From a virus (Duplodnaviria; Caudoviricetes): a stretch of 24,881 nucleotides of DNA. Below are positions 16,598 to 23,216 of the stretch, piece by piece. The translations under genes were made by a program, and so were the position numbers. The notes beneath the pieces were generated by a model. That model searched no databases, was not told the DNA's origin, and saw only the letters and a program-made list of their open reading frames with translations. Each line of letters begins with the position of its first letter. Position 1 is the first letter of the stretch. The stretch lies in IMG/VR virus record IMGVR_UViG_3300025872_000287, positions 1-24,881 of that record; one strand, given 5' to 3'.

Positions 16598-16926
16598 TGT
16601 TGTTTGTAGTATTGTGCGATTGCCAATGCGTGTGTGTAATTTTCGGATTCAAATTTCAATTCCTGATTGACATACACGCGCCATTTGTCGATGTTGTTAA
16701 CATTGCCCATGACAATTCGGACATGGTTTGTTTGTTCACGGATCGCATATTCAACTGTAATCGATTCGGCTTTTTCCCCCAATGTTGTTTCCCGAAATGC
16801 TTTTTTCATTGTTTTGACCCAATTTGCAGCTGGTGAACCAATTTCCGCAATGAATGTTTGCACCGGATAAGAATTGAATTGACGGTCGGTGTGTTCGATT
16901 TCAATTGTGATAATGAATGTTTTCAT
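16594..16926 (-). CDS. 110-aa hypothetical protein
   Basis: ATGA overlaps with both neighbours. Confidence 0.75.
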   Translation of the reverse strand: MKTFIITIEIEHTDRQFNSYPVQTFIAEIGSPAANWVKTMKKAFRETTLGEKAESITVEYAIREQTNHVRIVMGNVNNIDKWRVYVNQELKFESENYTHALAIAQYYKQQ

Positions 16927-17180
16927 TGTTTTTGTTTGATTTCGTGTTTAACAACATCCCAATAAACAAACACGCCATGCGGTGTTTTTATTTGGAAATT
17001 TAATTCATTGTCGCGCATTTCTGCGATTAACTCATTGACATGAATCAACGCGCATTCAATCGCATCGCTTTTGTTTAATGAAAAAATCACATCACATTCA
17101 CCCGTCACCAATTCAACTGATTCTGAATTGACAAAAAGGAATTTATTGATTAACTGGTCGGCTTTTTGTTGGGGTGTCAT
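16923..17180 (-). CDS. 85-aa MTP..KA family hypothetical protein (paralog 2)
   Basis: Start reassigned to 17180 (MTPQQKADQLINKF); paralogous to 17177..17389. Confidence 0.8.
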   Translation of the reverse strand: MTPQQKADQLINKFLFVNSESVELVTGECDVIFSLNKSDAIECALIHVNELIAEMRDNELNFQIKTPHGVFVYWDVVKHEIKQKQ

Positions 17181-17389
17181 AATTGTTTGATTTCGTGTTT
17201 TACATTTTTCCAATATGTATACACCGACATTGGAACATTTGATTGAAAATCAAATTCGTTACATTGAATTTCTTTTACTATCTCATCAACTGCAATTAAT
17301 GCGTGTTGGATTCCTTCATTGCGTTGTTGTAAGCCAACCAAAGTAAATTTGTCAATTAGGTCTTTGGCTTTTTCTTTCGGTGTCATCAT
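17177..17389 (-). CDS. 70-aa MTPKEKA family hypothetical protein (paralog 1)
   Basis: MTPKEKAKDLIDKF...ALIAVDEI...YW..VKHEIKQ pattern. Confidence 0.8.
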   Translation of the reverse strand: MMTPKEKAKDLIDKFTLVGLQQRNEGIQHALIAVDEIVKEIQCNEFDFQSNVPMSVYTYWKNVKHEIKQL

Positions 17390-17399
17390 TGTTGTTTTT

Positions 17400-17519
17400 T
17401 TATTGCTCGTTGAATTGTTTGATAAATAGTGAACATTCGTACCATGTCCCGATGAATAAATGGTTGCCGTTGAATACCACCACGGCGGTGTTTTGGTTAA
17501 TTTCTTCGATCCACATCAT
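17400..17519 (-). CDS. 39-aa hypothetical protein (not in ORF track)
   Basis: MMWIEEINQNTAVVVFNGNHLFIGTWYECSLFIKQFNEQ*; TAATG overlap with the initiator stop and fills the gap. Confidence 0.65.
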   Translation of the reverse strand: MMWIEEINQNTAVVVFNGNHLFIGTWYECSLFIKQFNEQ

Positions 17520-18097
17520 TAGTCAAATTTTAAGGGTTTATAAAAAGATTCTTGTTTAGGTTGTTTATCATTGTTTTGTTGTTTCCATGTTCTTACGGCC
17601 GCTTTCCAATCCTTCATCGGATTTTTGCCGACTTTCCATCCATTTGATTCGTAGTAATCAACAAATCGTTGTGACATGTCATTCATGTTTAATTCGGCCA
17701 TGTATTGACGCACATCATCAACCGGCGGTTTGCTGAACCTTTTTGGCTTTTTTGCTTTTTGTTCCAATACTATATTTATATCATTATCATTATCATTATC
17801 ATTATCGGCATTTTTTGCATCGTTTGGCATGCGTTCGCATGCGTTCGCATCCCATCGCATGCGTGCGCTTAATGAATTGCGTTCACGGATTTTTTCGTAT
17901 CGCACCAAATCGCGTTTCAATTGTTGTTTGATTGGCTCGAATGCAATTTTGGTGATGACATTATCGGTGTCGGGATTCAGGTCGTTCACATAATACAAAA
18001 CATGTTTGAATAGGTGTCCGGCTTGCTCATCCGTTAATTGTTCGATTGTGTGTATAATATCGCAATACAACACAAATGATTTTTTATCCTTTGCCAT
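17519..18097 (-). CDS. Replication initiator (DUF6291-like N-terminus; lambda O-like role)
   Basis: KKSFVLY.D....EQLTDEQAG.LFK N-terminus, repetitive linker, and C-terminal F.KP...FVDYYESNGWKVGKNPMKDWKAAVRTW; upstream of dnaB. Confidence 0.85.
   Translation of the reverse strand: MAKDKKSFVLYCDIIHTIEQLTDEQAGHLFKHVLYYVNDLNPDTDNVITKIAFEPIKQQLKRDLVRYEKIRERNSLSARMRWDANACERMPNDAKNADNDNDNDNDINIVLEQKAKKPKRFSKPPVDDVRQYMAELNMNDMSQRFVDYYESNGWKVGKNPMKDWKAAVRTWKQQNNDKQPKQESFYKPLKFD
17761..17868. repeat. Putative replication origin: 10-bp GCAT-phased iterons plus (ATCATT)4 AT-rich tract
   Basis: GCATCGTTTG, GCATGCGTTC x2, GCATCCCATC and GCATGCGTGC start at 17817/27/37/47/57; ATCATT tandem repeat at 17780-17806. 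Confidence 0.7.
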
Positions 18098-18542
18098 CTA
18101 ATTGTTTTAAATCTAATGCAACATATTGTTTGCCATCATGCCATTTTGCGATTGTCAATCCGGTCATCATTTCCCGTATTTGGCGCATGGTTCGTTTGAT
18201 TGGCTTGCCCGGTTCAAACATAAAAACAATGAACAAATCAGCATTCAAACCAAAAAGGAATTCAAATGCGCTGTAATTAATAACATCGTCAATTTTCATC
18301 TTATTTGTTCCTTTAATATGGAAATACATCATGCGTTGTTTTTTGGCGTTGAAATATACAAAATCAGGCAATGACCGGATCAACCGATGAATGTTCCAAA
18401 ACCCATTGATGTTCATTTCTTTTTCGTTAAACCCAACCCTTTGAACTGGCATTCCAACCGATTCCATGTAATCAACAAACCACATTTCCGACATGTTTGC
18501 GACTGTTTGGCGTTCTTTGTATGTGTTACTCGCTTTCTCCAT
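18084..18542 (-). CDS. PD-(D/E)xK-like nuclease-fold protein
   Basis: E.WF..Y helix, RSLPDFV and YFHIKG (His where Glu is expected). Confidence 0.55.
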   Translation of the reverse strand: MEKASNTYKERQTVANMSEMWFVDYMESVGMPVQRVGFNEKEMNINGFWNIHRLIRSLPDFVYFNAKKQRMMYFHIKGTNKMKIDDVINYSAFEFLFGLNADLFIVFMFEPGKPIKRTMRQIREMMTGLTIAKWHDGKQYVALDLKQLDGKG

Positions 18543-19035
18543 CGCTTTCCAATTTTAAAATTTCCAACGCTTTTTTGTACAGCTGGCGCGCATGTCGGTC
18601 GGTCTTTTTCCATGATTCAAATGTGTTCACGGCGTGAATGATTGACGAATGGTCGCGCCCCAATTTGTTTCCGATTTGCTCAAATGTAAAATGATAATGA
18701 CGGCGCAAAATAAATGAATACATGTGCCGAATCATTATGACATCACCTTCGCGCAATCGACCCATTATTTTTCCCGGTGTCATTGATCCGACTTCACAAA
18801 GACATTGCAACACCTGATTCATCAAATCCAACCGGCTAACGGCGTTTTCATGTTGAATGTCCAATGTTGTTTTAAATTTTACTTTGGGATAAATAATTTC
18901 ATTTTTTAATGTAGCGATTTCGCGTTCGTACTGGTCACGCATTCGAATGATGTCTAATGACAACCGCGCGTTTTTGCTGCGTTCTTTGACAAATTCACGA
19001 AAATAATCTTTTGATTGCGTTGTGGCTTGTTTCAT
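18526..19035 (-). CDS. DnaA domain-IV (C-terminal HTH) DNA-binding protein with coiled-coil N-terminus
   Basis: R...V...RHM..FILR......EQIG..LGRDHSSIIHA matches the DnaA domain IV signature; no AAA+ domain. Confidence 0.85.
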   Translation of the reverse strand: MKQATTQSKDYFREFVKERSKNARLSLDIIRMRDQYEREIATLKNEIIYPKVKFKTTLDIQHENAVSRLDLMNQVLQCLCEVGSMTPGKIMGRLREGDVIMIRHMYSFILRRHYHFTFEQIGNKLGRDHSSIIHAVNTFESWKKTDRHARQLYKKALEILKLESDGESE

Positions 19036-19189
19036 TGCTTAAAATTGTGTTTTTACCGTCTTTGTGTACCTTGACCAAAATTTTCGTTTCGGCGTCCTTA
19101 ATTACGCTTAAAATGGCTTTTAATTGTGTGTTTGTGATTGTTGGTTCATCGCCAATTGCGATTTCAACCATTTCCGTGATTCTTTGCAT
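18995..19189 (-). CDS. 64-aa hypothetical protein
   Basis: Lies in the operon and overlaps both neighbours; start uncertain. Confidence 0.55.
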   Translation of the reverse strand: MQRITEMVEIAIGDEPTITNTQLKAILSVIKDAETKILVKVHKDGKNTILSNETSHNAIKRLFS

Positions 19190-19268
19190 CTTGTTTCCCT
19201 AATTTATACCCGATGACATACGCCACCAAAATGTGCAATTGTATTAATAAAATGATTTTCCAACTCAT
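19164..19268 (-). CDS. 34-aa single-pass membrane peptide (not in ORF track)
   Basis: MSWKIILLIQLHILVAYVIGYKLGKQDAKNHGNG*; ATGA overlap with the upstream gene. Confidence 0.6.
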   Translation of the reverse strand: MSWKIILLIQLHILVAYVIGYKLGKQDAKNHGNG

Positions 19269-19447
19269 GATTCATGCGACCAAATAAACTTTTCTTTGCA
19301 TCTTTTGTGGGCAAAACTGAAACCGGCATTGTAGGCCATTTGGTTTTCAATCTTTTCTTTCATCAACCAATATTCCTTTTCTGAATCCCTGAATTTTACT
19401 TTTTCAAATGCCTCCATGAATTCAATCAACTGGGCCATTGGTGTCAT
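19265..19447 (-). CDS. 60-aa hypothetical protein
   Basis: Likely start MTPMAQLIE, 4 nt after the upstream stop; contains an EK..NQ.AYNAG pattern. Confidence 0.65.
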   Translation of the reverse strand: MTPMAQLIEFMEAFEKVKFRDSEKEYWLMKEKIENQMAYNAGFSFAHKRCKEKFIWSHES

Positions 19448-19451
19448 GACT

Positions 19452-19838
19452 TTATTTTCCATCCAATACATGTTTTGTTAAAAAATACGCAACTTGATTG
19501 TCAATCCATCCGGCATTTTGCGCCCGCTTAATCCATTGCGCTTTTTTCTTTTCTTCGATGTCGCGTTTATGCGCCATGATTCCATCAATATTGGAATGCG
19601 CCGCCCATTGTGAAAATACGCGCCCCCCAATTTCAATTTCACCACATTTGCGGATCAAACCATCTGATTCAAGTGATGACAAAACCGATGTCACGGTTGG
19701 ATGCAATCCGAAATTGTCAATCAATGTTTTTGTGGAAACGCAATTCCATTTTTGGATTGCCACAAAGATTTTGGCGCGGTTGGTTTCAACTTTGCCTTCG
19801 TTTATTTGGCGCATGAACGCCATTATTTTTGCGCTCAT
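19452..19838 (-). CDS. 128-aa putative winged-helix DNA-binding protein
   Basis: KIFVAI...STKTL..NFGL.PTVTSVLSSLESDGLIRKCG pattern resembles a winged HTH. Confidence 0.6.
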   Translation of the reverse strand: MSAKIMAFMRQINEGKVETNRAKIFVAIQKWNCVSTKTLIDNFGLHPTVTSVLSSLESDGLIRKCGEIEIGGRVFSQWAAHSNIDGIMAHKRDIEEKKKAQWIKRAQNAGWIDNQVAYFLTKHVLDGK

Positions 19839-20155
19839 TTGCCGGCCTCCTTTTTCTTTGTGCGTTGCTTTTGTTTTGCAATGCGGGCTTTTTCACGGAT
19901 GGCGGCATCACGAATCATCGAATCTTCGTATTTGCGTTGAACATCCTGATACAAATTTGAAAATGTGTGCAATTTGTCGGTCAATCCGGCAATCTGCGAT
20001 TTCTGCGCCATCAAATTTGATTCATTGTCAAAAATGACTTTGTTTTGTTTCCAAACGCTTTTTTCAAGGCCGCGAACTTGCGCGCGACTGGCATTGTACA
20101 TCAACCACAAAATGAATGCGGTGACGCAACTGATGGTTAAAAAAATGTAAATCAT
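19835..20155 (-). CDS. 106-aa membrane-anchored coiled-coil protein
   Basis: Start reassigned to MIYIFLTISCVTAFILWLMY (transmembrane segment), followed by a coiled coil and a basic tail. Confidence 0.7.
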   Translation of the reverse strand: MIYIFLTISCVTAFILWLMYNASRAQVRGLEKSVWKQNKVIFDNESNLMAQKSQIAGLTDKLHTFSNLYQDVQRKYEDSMIRDAAIREKARIAKQKQRTKKKEAGK

Positions 20156-20165
20156 TATCGTTGTT

Positions 20166-20372
20166 TTATTTGTTTTTGCCTTTGTACATTCTGCGTTGAA
20201 CCAACATTTGCGTGAATTCATTGAATTCCGGGATGTATTCATCGCGTTCAAATTGATAGGGTTTGGCCTCCGGCATTTCGTTGAATCGCTTTGAATTCAA
20301 TTTGATGCAATGCGCGCCATACATCACCGCAATGGTAATGGGCGTTAAAATGATAAGGTAGATTAAATCCAT
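20166..20372 (-). CDS. 68-aa membrane-anchored early protein
   Basis: Start reassigned to MDLIYLIILTPITIAVMYGA after an A-rich leader; first gene of the leftward operon. Confidence 0.7.
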   Translation of the reverse strand: MDLIYLIILTPITIAVMYGAHCIKLNSKRFNEMPEAKPYQFERDEYIPEFNEFTQMLVQRRMYKGKNK

Positions 20373-20395
20373 GTCGTTTTTCTTAATTGTTGATG

Positions 20396-20440
20396 CAATG
20401 TTAAAACACATTTTGCAAACAAAAAAACATTTGTGACATT
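20396..20440 (-). promoter_or_regulatory. Putative leftward early promoter (TAACATTG) with variant box at 20427-20440
   Basis: One-mismatch -7 octamer at 20403-20396; ACATTTGTGACATT matches the 14-bp box at 12 of 14 positions. Confidence 0.4.
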
Positions 20441-20466
20441 TTTTTAAAAAATTTTCGTATTGAACG

Positions 20467-20498
20467 AAAAAAGGGGCAACCATCGGCGGCCGCCCCTT
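20467..20498 (-). terminator. Intrinsic terminator on the minus strand
   Basis: AAGGGGCGGCC-GCCGAT-GGTTGCCCCTT followed by TTTT (six T in a row in total). Confidence 0.75.
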
Positions 20499-20558
20499 AA
20501 ATCAACAATGATGAAACAACGATAAGTTTGGATGAATCTGCGCAAATATCGCGCATCC

Positions 20559-20590
20559 TTTGTTGACATTTGCAACATTGTGTATATTTG
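20559..20590 (+). promoter_or_regulatory. Consensus Bacteroidota promoter TTTG-N20-TATATTTG with the 14-bp box in its spacer
   Basis: -33 TTTG at 20559-20562, -7 at 20583-20590, box ACATTTGCAACATT at 20566-20579, ATG at 20598. Confidence 0.8.
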
Positions 20591-20597
20591 CTGAACA

Positions 20598-21176
20598 ATG
20601 GAAAACAACGAATTAACAATCATCAACAGCAACACAACTGGTGAATCCGGTCAAGTGTTTGCCCCGGCGCAATTTGAACACGCCCAAAGAATCGCCAAAT
20701 TATTGTCATCATCCGACCTTGTCCCAAATCAGTACAAAGGAAACATTGCCAACACGATGGTGGCATTGGAAATGGCGCATCGGATGAACGCATCGCCTTT
20801 GATGGTCATGCAAAATTTGCACATTATTCACGGACGACCATCATGGGGTTCATCATTTATCATCGCCTCATTAAATTCATGCGGGCGATTTGGAACGCTG
20901 CGGTTTGAATCAACACCGACATCGTGCAAGGCGGTCACAATGGATAAACAATCAGGCGCAATTTTGGAAGGCCCAACGGTGACGATGGAAATGGCAAAGT
21001 TGGAAGGATGGTTGGATAAACCCGGATCAAAATGGAAAACAATGCCCGAATTGATGTTGAAATATCGGGCGGCGGCTTTTTTTGGTCGTTTATACGCCCC
21101 CGAAATCATGATGGGGTTATATTCGGCCGATGAAGTGGTCGACATTGCAGCAAACAACGCGAAAATGGGTAAATAA
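20598..21176 (+). CDS. RecT/Red-beta-like single-strand annealing protein (short form)
   Basis: SDLVP..Y.G...N..VA, PLMVMQNL..IHGRPSW and GSKWKTMPELML.YRA...FGR.YAPE..MGLY..DE motifs. Confidence 0.82.
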   Translation: MENNELTIINSNTTGESGQVFAPAQFEHAQRIAKLLSSSDLVPNQYKGNIANTMVALEMAHRMNASPLMVMQNLHIIHGRPSWGSSFIIASLNSCGRFGTLRFESTPTSCKAVTMDKQSGAILEGPTVTMEMAKLEGWLDKPGSKWKTMPELMLKYRAAAFFGRLYAPEIMMGLYSADEVVDIAANNAKMGK

Positions 21177-21178
21177 CC

Positions 21179-21739
21179 CTATTTTAACGCGAAATCGTTT
21201 GAAGTAATCAAAGTATATGTGAAGCGGTTGCCATGCAAGGCGGCCGCTTTTTTTGCTAACAACATAAACTGGTTGAAATCGGCTGTGCGTTTAAACACCT
21301 GACAACCTTCGGACCAATTGTTGACTTGAACGGAATCAACACCGGCTTTGTGAATGTTTATGCCAAACACGCCCGTTTGCGTTGCGTTCTCATTATACAC
21401 GCCATCTTTGATGTCATCACGGAATACAGTCACCGGGCCACATTGTTTCAACGCTTCATATTTGCCCTGATGCAATCCAATGTGATGTGAACCGCGATAT
21501 TGTCCGGGCTTCATTCGGGCCGTCCCCGCGCCATTGTCGGTGGTGATTGCCCATTCTTTGATGAACCAATTGTCCTTTTCTTTGTAGGCAACAACGATTT
21601 TGTCATCAAATGCGTTTGTGACCTTTTGCCCGGTTGCTGAATTTCGAACACCAATGATGTTCAAATTGAAATCCCCATTTTCAAAAAATGCATAACCTTT
21701 GGCGGCCATTGTGCGTTTCAAATCTGCAATTGTAATCAT
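21179..21739 (-). CDS. Putative endolysin with L,D-transpeptidase-like (YkuD) His/Cys motif
   Basis: GINIHKAG...NWSEGCQV; last gene of a cluster of membrane-protein genes; no other lysin candidate in the window. Confidence 0.65.
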   Translation of the reverse strand: MITIADLKRTMAAKGYAFFENGDFNLNIIGVRNSATGQKVTNAFDDKIVVAYKEKDNWFIKEWAITTDNGAGTARMKPGQYRGSHHIGLHQGKYEALKQCGPVTVFRDDIKDGVYNENATQTGVFGINIHKAGVDSVQVNNWSEGCQVFKRTADFNQFMLLAKKAAALHGNRFTYTLITSNDFALK

Positions 21740-22041
21740 AACAATACAAAGATAATTAAACCAACGCCCAATGCAATTGTCACTTTGCGCAGCTGGTAAA
21801 ATCGTTCGTCACGCTTTTTGATTTCATCCAACAATTTGTTTGTGATCCGTTCTTGTTGTGCGATGACCTCGGAATCAATTTTGCGATATTCCCGGCACAA
21901 CGCCAATTGTTCGCGCGCCTCCGCGCCTTTTAATAAATATAAATTATTTTCCGCAACTGTCAAGGAATCGATGCATTGCGATGATGCGGCGTGTGGCTGC
22001 GCAACTTGTATCGCCATGATAAGCCACAAAAAGTGTTTCAT
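21736..22041 (-). CDS. 101-aa secreted protein with C-terminal TM segment (spanin-like partner)
   Basis: Start reassigned to MKHFLWLIMA (signal-like); coiled coil; C-terminal VTIALGVGLIIFVLL. Confidence 0.6.
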   Translation of the reverse strand: MKHFLWLIMAIQVAQPHAASSQCIDSLTVAENNLYLLKGAEAREQLALCREYRKIDSEVIAQQERITNKLLDEIKKRDERFYQLRKVTIALGVGLIIFVLL

Positions 22042-22246
22042 ATTTGCTTTGAATAAGTATTTGCGTGTCATGTAATGTTTGGTATTTCTTTTTGATGATT
22101 TCCAATGTGTCGAATTCTTTTTGAACAACCCTGATGGCCGGGCCATGAACAACATTGGTTTGTTTTGGAACTGCAAATTGAAGGTATGCAAAACCACCAA
22201 CAAATAACAACACCAACAACAAAATGGTCAAATCAACTTTCCGCAT
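21944..22246 (-). CDS. 100-aa N-terminal TM protein (i-spanin-like)
   Basis: Start MRKVDLTILLLVLLFVGGFAYL; overlaps the next gene by 98 nt in another frame. Confidence 0.6.
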   Translation of the reverse strand: MRKVDLTILLLVLLFVGGFAYLQFAVPKQTNVVHGPAIRVVQKEFDTLEIIKKKYQTLHDTQILIQSKYETLFVAYHGDTSCAATRRIIAMHRFLDSCGK

Positions 22247-22469
22247 CGTTTTTGGTGTTTGCAAATTTGTCGATGGATGTGAATCCCAAACAACAAATCA
22301 CAATCCATTCAACCGCTTCAACCAATTCTTTGGATGGCGCGATGTCTTGGGGTGACAACGAATTGTGGGCCATTGTCCCAAACAAAATGAATGATCCGAC
22401 AATTCCAACAAATCGTTTGGAACTGAATTCGCCTTTGTCGCCCTGAAATATTTGAAAAATCTTTTTCAT
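22233..22469 (-). CDS. Putative holin (2 TM, 78 aa)
   Basis: SSKRF followed by two hydrophobic segments and a charged tail; in the lysis cluster. Confidence 0.6.
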   Translation of the reverse strand: MKKIFQIFQGDKGEFSSKRFVGIVGSFILFGTMAHNSLSPQDIAPSKELVEAVEWIVICCLGFTSIDKFANTKNDAES

Positions 22470-22585
22470 CTGCCTTGACCGCGATATTTTTTTGCGGGTT
22501 TATTATTCTTTGAGTGAACACCTTTGTTTTTGCGCTTTGGCTTTGGTTGCCAACTCACGCCGGATGATGTTTTTGCCTTTGCCAT
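22466..22585 (-). CDS. 39-aa basic YRGQG-motif peptide (not in ORF track)
   Basis: MAKAKTSSGVSWQPKPKRKNKGVHSKNNKPAKKYRGQGR*; TAATG and ATGA overlaps with both neighbours. Confidence 0.8.
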   Translation of the reverse strand: MAKAKTSSGVSWQPKPKRKNKGVHSKNNKPAKKYRGQGR

Positions 22586-22935
22586 TATTTTAAGCCGTTT
22601 AATTTTAACATGTTGTTGATTGATGCGGTGTCCATGCCAACCAATCCGGTGTCAACGCCCATGAACAACATCGTTGATGTCATCGCCTCGATTTTTGTTT
22701 CAGCGGTTGCAACGGCTTCTTTCAATTCGGCCTTTTCGGCAACTTTGTTTTCAACCAATTGTTCGCCTTGCTTCTTTGCAGCGGAAACAACATTGGATGC
22801 CATTTTCATGTTGTTTTCAACGCGCTTCAACATTTGTTCGATTTCGTCCACATTGGGCGTGTTTACAGCCCCGACCGGGTAAATCATTTCTAATGTCAAA
22901 ATGATGGCAACAAAGGCCGTTAAAATCGTTTTCAT
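22585..22935 (-). CDS. 116-aa signal/TM-anchored coiled-coil protein
   Basis: Hydrophobic N-terminus followed by heptad repeats; coupled overlaps with neighbours. Confidence 0.7.
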   Translation of the reverse strand: MKTILTAFVAIILTLEMIYPVGAVNTPNVDEIEQMLKRVENNMKMASNVVSAAKKQGEQLVENKVAEKAELKEAVATAETKIEAMTSTMLFMGVDTGLVGMDTASINNMLKLNGLK

Positions 22936-23216
22936 AACTTTTTAACGGTGTTAATGATGCGCAATTCTGTAATTGCTGCGCTCAATGCTGAATCCGATTT
23001 TTTCAACGCCAAAGACATCCGGTCAACTTTCAAATCTAATTGGTCGATTTTTTGGTTGGCCTTTTCTATTTGTTCGGTGTACGAACTTTTGACATCGTAG
23101 TATAAATATGAAACGGCCGCCAACATGCAAAATGCCACCGCGGCCACCGGGTTTTTCTTGAACTGGTCAAACGAAACGGGCAATGCGTTTGCGTTAACTT
23201 GCTTTTTTACTGTCAT
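22932..23216 (-). CDS. 94-aa TM plus coiled-coil protein
   Basis: NPVAAVAFCMLAAVSYLYY transmembrane segment followed by a coiled coil. Confidence 0.7.
   Translation of the reverse strand: MTVKKQVNANALPVSFDQFKKNPVAAVAFCMLAAVSYLYYDVKSSYTEQIEKANQKIDQLDLKVDRMSLALKKSDSALSAAITELRIINTVKKL

Noticed and set aside
17780-17868. CRISPR-like or mini-array interpretation of the repeats
   Set aside because: The units are 6 and 10 bp, have no spacers and lie inside a coding linker; an origin fits better.
20380-20597. Lambda-like cI/cro lysogeny switch at the divergent promoters
   Set aside because: The flanking genes are a membrane peptide and RecT; no Cro/CI-type repressor, integrase or partition genes are visible.
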